Positions 54,457-59,439 of a stretch of DNA of 59,439 bases are shown here, piece by piece. Location of the stretch: the IMG/VR virus record IMGVR_UViG_3300030419_000438, positions 1 through 59,439 of that record; one strand, given 5' to 3'. The notes under the pieces are model-generated. The model was not told the origin of the DNA, did no database searches, and saw only the letters and a list, made by a program, of their open reading frames with translations. Numbering within the stretch: position 1 is the first letter of the stretch; each line of letters starts with the position of its first letter. Origin of the DNA: a virus (Duplodnaviria > Caudoviricetes). A program made the position numbers and the translations under genes.

Positions 54457-54921
54457 ATGGAATGGTTAGACCCTGTTGTTTTTTCTGGTAAGTGTCATTA
54501 TGCTTGCATCACCGAACCTAATACAAAGTTTGAACCAGTGTGGTCAATTCTTGTTGAGGTAGATGATGACAATCGTAAGACTATTGAAGATGCTAATCTT
54601 ACTATCTCCAATAAAGATAACATTGGAGACTTTGTTAGGTTAAAACGTAAGGTCTTTAAACAAGACGGTACTAAGAAAACTCCTCCCAAGGTTGTGGATT
54701 CTCAAAACAATCCTTGGAACTCTAGTAAGAAAATTGCTAACGGTAGTACCGTAACAGTAAAAGTTACTCCTTTTAAATATGATGGTAACTCCTCCAGACC
54801 TGCTGGCATATCCGCTAATCTTGATGCTGTACAAATTGTTAATTTTATTGAGTACGAGACTCAAGACTTCGCCCCCGTAGACGGCGGCTATGTACAAGAA
54901 ACTGAAGAAGTACCGTTTTAA
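54457..54921 (+). CDS. ssb: Single-stranded DNA-binding protein (T7 gp2.5-like)
   Basis: YACITEPNTKF, IANGSTV, LDAVQIV; acidic tail ending EEVPF. Confidence 0.85.
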   Translation: MEWLDPVVFSGKCHYACITEPNTKFEPVWSILVEVDDDNRKTIEDANLTISNKDNIGDFVRLKRKVFKQDGTKKTPPKVVDSQNNPWNSSKKIANGSTVTVKVTPFKYDGNSSRPAGISANLDAVQIVNFIEYETQDFAPVDGGYVQETEEVPF

Positions 54922-54934
54922 TATAAGGAGCAAT

Positions 54935-54968
54935 GAGGGGGATGGGATTAGCCTGTCCCCCTCTTTTT
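54935..54968 (+). terminator. Intrinsic terminator after ssb
   Basis: GAGGGGGATGGG-ATTAG-CCTGTCCCCCTC followed by TTTTT. Confidence 0.8.
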
Positions 54969-54974
54969 ATTGAT

Positions 54975-55835
54975 ATGAAAACAATCAAAACTTTAGTAGA
55001 AGATATTTATAACCTGTTCTCTTTTAATCCTGTTACAATGTCAGAAGAAGAAGTTGATAAGTACATTGATAACTTTGGAGAAATGGTTAAGCTTCACACT
55101 AAAAAATTCTTATATGATGAAGAGTCTGTAGATAAAAAACTTAGGCTATCTCAAATAGGTAAACCAGACAGACAGCTATGGTTTAATATTAATTTAAATA
55201 AGGAACGTGAAGAGATTCCACCAAGCACACGTATCAAGTTTTTATATGGATATATTCTTGAAGAGTTCTTACTCATGTGTGCAGCCATAGCTGGGCATGA
55301 TGTTAAAGATCAACAGAAAGAAGTAGACGTAGGTGGTGTAATAGGACACCAAGATTGTGTTATTGATGGTGTTCTTGTTGATGTTAAGAGTGCATCTACT
55401 AGTTCATTTAGAAAATTTAAACAACACAAACTTACAGAAGATGATCCCTTTGGTTATATTGCACAGATATCTGCGTATGCACAAGCCAATGGGTTAAAGG
55501 AAGCAGCGTTCCTTGCTATAGATAAATCAACTGGAGAAATTGTTTTGACACCAGTACATTCAATGGAGTTTATAAATGCTGAAGCTAGGATTGAACACCT
55601 TAAAAGAATGGTCATTAGCGATACTGTCCCTGATCTCTGTTACGATCCTGTTCCTGATGGCAAGTCTGGTAATTTTAAGCTTCCCGTTGGTTGTGTTTTT
55701 TGTTCTCATAAAAGAGAATGTTGGGCTAATGCTAATGGAGGAGCGGGGATACGTGTCTTTGAATATGCACAAGGTAAGAGATACTTGGTTCAGATTGGCA
55801 AAGAACCTGATGTCCGTGAAGTGATTGACTGGTAA
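54975..55835 (+). CDS. PD-(D/E)XK (Cas4/RecB-like) exonuclease
   Basis: GHQDCVIDGVLVDVKSAS, GYIAQISAY, CVFCSHKREC. Start moved past the terminator hairpin. Confidence 0.8.
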   Translation: MKTIKTLVEDIYNLFSFNPVTMSEEEVDKYIDNFGEMVKLHTKKFLYDEESVDKKLRLSQIGKPDRQLWFNINLNKEREEIPPSTRIKFLYGYILEEFLLMCAAIAGHDVKDQQKEVDVGGVIGHQDCVIDGVLVDVKSASTSSFRKFKQHKLTEDDPFGYIAQISAYAQANGLKEAAFLAIDKSTGEIVLTPVHSMEFINAEARIEHLKRMVISDTVPDLCYDPVPDGKSGNFKLPVGCVFCSHKRECWANANGGAGIRVFEYAQGKRYLVQIGKEPDVREVIDW

Positions 55836-56227
55836 TGCACTGGAAGTATAAAAGAAAACCAGACCCTACCTCACACTTTGGCTTTGTCTATATTATTACT
55901 AACAAGAAAACATCTAAATGTTATATAGGATGTAAGCAATATTTCTACACAAGAAAAAAGAAAAAGGTAGAATCAAATTGGAAAGTATATACTGGTTCTA
56001 GTAAGCACCTGAATGAAGACATAAAGAAACACGGCAAGAGAAACTTTAAGTTTGAAATTATAGGTGAGTATAAAAATAAACGTAGTCTAAAATATTATGA
56101 ATGTTATTATCAAATGATTAATCACGTATTAACAGAAAAATTAGAAGGTACTGATAAACCTGCTTACTACAATAACTATGTAGGTGGTAAGTTTTACAGA
56201 CCCGTACAAGAGCCACCAGATGATTGA
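55835..56227 (+). CDS. GIY-YIG nuclease-domain protein
   Basis: GFVYIITN...YIGCK, YTGSS, YYNN. Confidence 0.8.
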   Translation: MHWKYKRKPDPTSHFGFVYIITNKKTSKCYIGCKQYFYTRKKKKVESNWKVYTGSSKHLNEDIKKHGKRNFKFEIIGEYKNKRSLKYYECYYQMINHVLTEKLEGTDKPAYYNNYVGGKFYRPVQEPPDD

Positions 56228-56543
56228 TGATATATTAGAGGCTGAATCTTTATATGATCTAACAAATAAGAATCCTGATAGGTCACTTAATCTTGCAATT
56301 ATTTTGCAAGCACTGCTTGACTTATCCAAACCAGAGAAGTATAATGAGCCGCATGAAACATCCCTGTACAGAGATCAGGCGATGGCATGGGTCTTTGCGT
56401 CTGTAGGTACAACATGTGAAAACTTTTATATAACATGTGAGCTTGCTGGTGTAGAGCCAGATACAGTTAGAACTTTTGCTTTACGAGTAACCTTATCGGA
56501 GAATATAGATGACATCAGACAAAAACTTCATTCCTTCCTGTGA
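56220..56543 (+). CDS. Conserved phage hypothetical protein (candidate regulator)
   Basis: LAIILQALLD...AMAW...F.ITCELAGV. Confidence 0.6.
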   Translation: MIDDILEAESLYDLTNKNPDRSLNLAIILQALLDLSKPEKYNEPHETSLYRDQAMAWVFASVGTTCENFYITCELAGVEPDTVRTFALRVTLSENIDDIRQKLHSFL

Positions 56544-56748
56544 TACAATGCAGAGGCAGGTAGGTGGTAATCATTACAAAGACTGTGGTATACAACCTGT
56601 TGAATACATACATGCAAATGATCTAAACTATTTTGAAGGTAATGTTATTAAATATATAACCAGACATAGAACGAAAGGAGAAGGCAAAAAGGATATAGAG
56701 AAAGCTATACACTACGCCGAAATGATTTTGAAATTCTATTACAACTAA
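56509..56748 (+). CDS. DUF3310 (SaV-like) protein
   Basis: QVGGNHY, IQPVEYI, EGNVIKYITR, DIEKAIHY. Confidence 0.85.
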   Translation: MTSDKNFIPSCDTMQRQVGGNHYKDCGIQPVEYIHANDLNYFEGNVIKYITRHRTKGEGKKDIEKAIHYAEMILKFYYN

Positions 56749-56758
56749 GGAGGGGGCG

Positions 56759-58444
56759 ATGGCGCAATTCCGTTCAAACGAAAATCCTATGTTTCGTTCA
56801 AAGTTTAGTGAGGATATCTTCAAGCAGAAGTATGCTCACCATAACTGTGAGACATGGGATGCACTAGCATCTGTTCTAGTAGATGATGTCTGCCAGAACT
56901 ATATGTCTAAGGATGATAAAGAAGAACTCAAAAGAATTATAACAGACCTAAAGTTTATTCCTGGTGGTAGATATCTCTACTATGCTGGACGTGATAATAA
57001 GTTTTTTAACAACTGCTACCTGCTCAAGGCAGAAGAAGATACAAGAGAAGACTGGGCTAATCTTTCATGGAAGTCTGAGTCCTGCCTTATGACAGGTGGT
57101 GGTATTGGTGTAGACTATAGCATCTACCGTGAAGAGGGTCGGCTGCTAAATGGTACTGGTGGTCTAGCATCTGGCCCTATCCCTAAGATGCAAATGATCA
57201 ATGAGATTGGTAGACGAGTTATGCAGGGTGGTTCTAGGAGGTCTGCAATATATGCAAGTCTTAATTGGAAACATCCAGATATAAACGTCTTTCTTAAATC
57301 CAAGAACTGGTATGATATGCCCATTGGTAAAACAGAACACAACCTTGGTCAGATCAAGGAGCAGGACTTTAATTTTCCTGCACCACTAGACATGACCAAC
57401 ATATCAGTTAACTATGATACAGAGTGGCTATTAAATTATTATGAAACAGGAGATGTAGGAGATGCCTTTCGGACTAATGTTATACAGAGCCTTAGAACTG
57501 GTGAACCAGGATTCTCATTCAATTTCTTTGAGAAGGAGAACGAGACACTTCGTAACGCTTGCACGGAGGTTACATCTGAAGATGATTCTGATGTGTGTAA
57601 TCTTGGTTCTATTAATATGGGCCGTATTGATAATCTTTCAGAGTTTTCCAGTGTCGTAGAATTAGCAACCAAGTTTTTATTGTGTGGCACACTACGTGCT
57701 AAACTACCATATCAGAAAGTCTATGATGTTAGAGAGAACAATCGTAGGCTTGGTCTAGGTCTGATGGGTATTCATGAGTGGTTGATCAAGGGAGGACAGA
57801 AGTACGAGGTGACTGAGGGACTACACAAGTGGCTCTCTGTATACAAAGGTATTAGTGATAATACCAGTGCCAAGTTTGCTGATTATCTTAATGTGTCACG
57901 CCCTGTAGCTAATCGTGCTATTGCACCTACAGGTTCTATTGGTATTCTTGCTGGTACATCTACAGGCATTGAGCCTATCTTTGCTGTGGCATACAAGCGT
58001 AGGTATCTCAAGAATGGTACACGTTGGCACTATCAGTACGTAGTAGACAGTGCAGCGCAGGAGATCATTGATTTGTATGGTGTTAATCCTGATAAGATTG
58101 AGTCTGCTCTTGATCTTGCTAATGATTATAAGAGACGCATTAAGTTCCAGGCAGACATACAGGACTATGTAGATATGTCTATCTCTTCTACAATTAACCT
58201 GCCTGAGTGGGGTAGTAAGCTTAATAACGAAGATACAGTAGATGACTTCACTGAGACACTAGCTACCTATGCTAATAGGTTACGTGGCTTTACGGTGTAT
58301 CCTGATGGATGCCGTGGTGGTCAGCCACTTAGCAGTGTTCCATACTCTGAGGCTGTTGAAAAACTAGGTGAGGAGTTTGAAGAAGGACTGGAAACGCATG
58401 ACATATGCACTATTACTGGTCACGGTGGAGCATGTGGTGTGTAA
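56759..58444 (+). CDS. nrdJ: Class II (B12-dependent) ribonucleotide reductase
   Basis: PGGRYL, NNCY, GGSRRSA, NACTE, CNLGSIN, RRLGLG, IAPTGS, SISSTIN, C-terminal Cys pair. No nrdB or nrdG in the genome. Confidence 0.85.
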   Translation: MAQFRSNENPMFRSKFSEDIFKQKYAHHNCETWDALASVLVDDVCQNYMSKDDKEELKRIITDLKFIPGGRYLYYAGRDNKFFNNCYLLKAEEDTREDWANLSWKSESCLMTGGGIGVDYSIYREEGRLLNGTGGLASGPIPKMQMINEIGRRVMQGGSRRSAIYASLNWKHPDINVFLKSKNWYDMPIGKTEHNLGQIKEQDFNFPAPLDMTNISVNYDTEWLLNYYETGDVGDAFRTNVIQSLRTGEPGFSFNFFEKENETLRNACTEVTSEDDSDVCNLGSINMGRIDNLSEFSSVVELATKFLLCGTLRAKLPYQKVYDVRENNRRLGLGLMGIHEWLIKGGQKYEVTEGLHKWLSVYKGISDNTSAKFADYLNVSRPVANRAIAPTGSIGILAGTSTGIEPIFAVAYKRRYLKNGTRWHYQYVVDSAAQEIIDLYGVNPDKIESALDLANDYKRRIKFQADIQDYVDMSISSTINLPEWGSKLNNEDTVDDFTETLATYANRLRGFTVYPDGCRGGQPLSSVPYSEAVEKLGEEFEEGLETHDICTITGHGGACGV

Positions 58445-58451
58445 AAAGTTC

Positions 58452-58480
58452 TTGACAGAAAGCTATTATTGTAGTATAAT
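58452..58480 (+). promoter_or_regulatory. Consensus sigma70 promoter of hsp20
   Basis: TTGACA-N17-TATAAT. Confidence 0.8.
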
Positions 58481-58486
58481 ATATGT

Positions 58487-58540
58487 GTGATGCCAATAAT
58501 GGGTCACGTAATATCAACTTGCTAATAGGAGAATGATATG
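58487..58540 (+). promoter_or_regulatory. ROSE-like RNA thermometer
   Basis: Two hairpins; the second pairs CTTGCT with the SD AGGAG (bulged G) inside an ATATCA/TGATAT stem. Confidence 0.7.
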
Positions 58541-58957
58541 GTTAATGGACTTACAATGTTAGAAGCCTTGGATGAGTGGGCTATTGGTCACGAAAGGTTC
58601 TTAAATGAGGGTGTAAGGATATGGAATAATGTGTCTAGGACATATCCCCCGCACAATCTAATAAAGAAAAGCAGCGATGAGTATGTTATTACAATGGCTG
58701 TTGCAGGGTTTTCTAAAGAAGACTTATCAGTTAGGAGTGAAGAAGGTACTCTAACTATTGAAAGCAAAAAGTCTGATAGTGAAACGAAATATGAGTATGT
58801 ATATAAAGGCATTGCCAATAGAAGTTTTAAGAAAGAGTTTCTACTGGCAGAGAATGTCTTTGTAAAAGATGTCAAGTTAAAAGATGGTATGTTGGAGATA
58901 TTTCTTGAGAGAGTTATTCCTGAAAATGAAAAGGAAACTATCTATCAAATAAATTAA
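58538..58957 (+). CDS. hsp20: Small heat-shock protein Hsp20 (IbpA-like)
   Basis: YPPHNLIK, MAVAGF, YKGIANRSF...F.LAE, LKDGMLEI, C-terminal YQI. Confidence 0.95.
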   Translation: MVNGLTMLEALDEWAIGHERFLNEGVRIWNNVSRTYPPHNLIKKSSDEYVITMAVAGFSKEDLSVRSEEGTLTIESKKSDSETKYEYVYKGIANRSFKKEFLLAENVFVKDVKLKDGMLEIFLERVIPENEKETIYQIN

Positions 58958-58970
58958 TGTTGGTCTAACT

Positions 58971-59021
58971 TGGTTAGCCATTTAGTTTGCATTGGTCATT
59001 CAGGTGGCTAACCACTTTTTT
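58971..59021 (+). terminator. Terminator/attenuator between hsp20 and the glycosylation cluster
   Basis: TGGTTAGCCA/TGGCTAACCA 10-bp stem followed by CTTTTTT. Confidence 0.65.
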
Positions 59022-59030
59022 GGAGTACGT

Positions 59031-59439
59031 ATGAAGAAAGCACCTAACACAGTTTACATTGGCTACGATCCTAAAGAACGTGTAGCTTATGAGGTATTGA
59101 AATTTACTATTGAACGCATCTCTGTAGATAATGTTCGTGTGATCCCTATTAAGTTAGACACATTACGTCTAATGAATATGTATTGGCGAGAGTACACAGA
59201 AGATAACGGACAGAAGATAGACTTAATAGATGGTCGTCCCTTCTCTACTGAGTTTAGTTTCTCCAGATTTCTTGTTCCTGCTCTTAATATGTATGAAGGA
59301 TGGGCATTATATATGGACTGTGACATGCTCATACGCACAGACATTAATGAAATCTTTGAAGAGTATAACCTAGATTATTATCCTGTCTATTGTGTCAAGC
59401 ATAAGTATGAACCAAAGGATATAATTAAAATGGATAAGC
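59031..59439 (+). CDS. GT8-like glycosyltransferase, 5' part (continues at 1-492)
   Basis: GGAG RBS; MKKAPNTVYIGYDPKE...STEFSFSRFLVPAL..YEGWALYMDCDML. Confidence 0.85.
   Translation, partial: MKKAPNTVYIGYDPKERVAYEVLKFTIERISVDNVRVIPIKLDTLRLMNMYWREYTEDNGQKIDLIDGRPFSTEFSFSRFLVPALNMYEGWALYMDCDMLIRTDINEIFEEYNLDYYPVYCVKHKYEPKDIIKMDK
59310..59439. repeat. Terminal overlap (copy 2)
   Basis: 129/130 identical to 1-130. Confidence 0.97.

Noticed and set aside
54975-55835. Cas4 as part of a CRISPR system
   Set aside because: No other cas genes or array; it sits in a normal replication-module context.
55835-56227. GIY-YIG as an intron-encoded homing endonuclease
   Set aside because: It is a short free-standing ORF coupled to its neighbours; polA, nrdJ and terL are uninterrupted.
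1259-59344. Numerous antisense or nested ORFs in the track (e.g. 5159-5458, 19826-20227, 39162-39419, 53166-53498, 59087-59344)
   Set aside because: Most are shadows of well-supported genes on the other strand or frame, and none has a clear RBS or recognisable motif.
59310-59439. 130-bp terminal repeat as a biological DTR
   Set aside because: It lies in the middle of the GT8 gene and looks like an assembly overlap. The single synonymous mismatch suggests population variation. The real ends are more likely near 39.2-39.5 kb.
1-59439. Stop-codon reassignment, prophage att site or integrase
   Set aside because: Core genes are full length in code 11 with dense coupling, and no recombinase or host flanks are present.

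Overview
This window is an apparently complete, circularly assembled genome of a tailed dsDNA phage. The unique length is about 59,309 bp, and bases 1-130 reappear at 59310-59439. It has podovirus-like gene content and probably infects a marine Gram-negative host (alphaproteobacterial by inference). Two arms diverge from a non-coding region at 39.05-40.1 kb and converge at 5.15-5.18 kb. The + arm carries small early genes (GP88-like, Dcm-like, ParB-like, DUF932), SleB, ThyX and KdsA. It continues with T7-like primase-helicase, PolA (Tyr762 type), SSB, nucleases, class II RNR and Hsp20. It then crosses the origin into a glycosyltransferase/methyltransferase cluster, a holin, a cupin and TerS. 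The - arm carries TerL, portal, GroES, scaffold, capsid proteins, a cluster of basic and Cys-rich microproteins, adaptors, tail fibres, internal virion proteins, an M15 endolysin and an ADP-ribosyltransferase-like protein. I saw no RNA polymerase, integrase, tRNA or CRISPR array. Main candidates for new biology: (1) a putative Kdo-based glycosylation system (KdsA, a GT-A/methyltransferase/Maf-like fusion, GT8 and a second methyltransferase); (2) shared peptide tags on unrelated virion-arm proteins, suggesting a capsid cargo-loading code; (3) a ~470-nt structured early leader RNA with a switchable RBS; (4) a ROSE-type thermometer on phage hsp20; (5) a separate promoter class on the late arm. 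Family assignments come from motifs recognised by eye, not from database searches.
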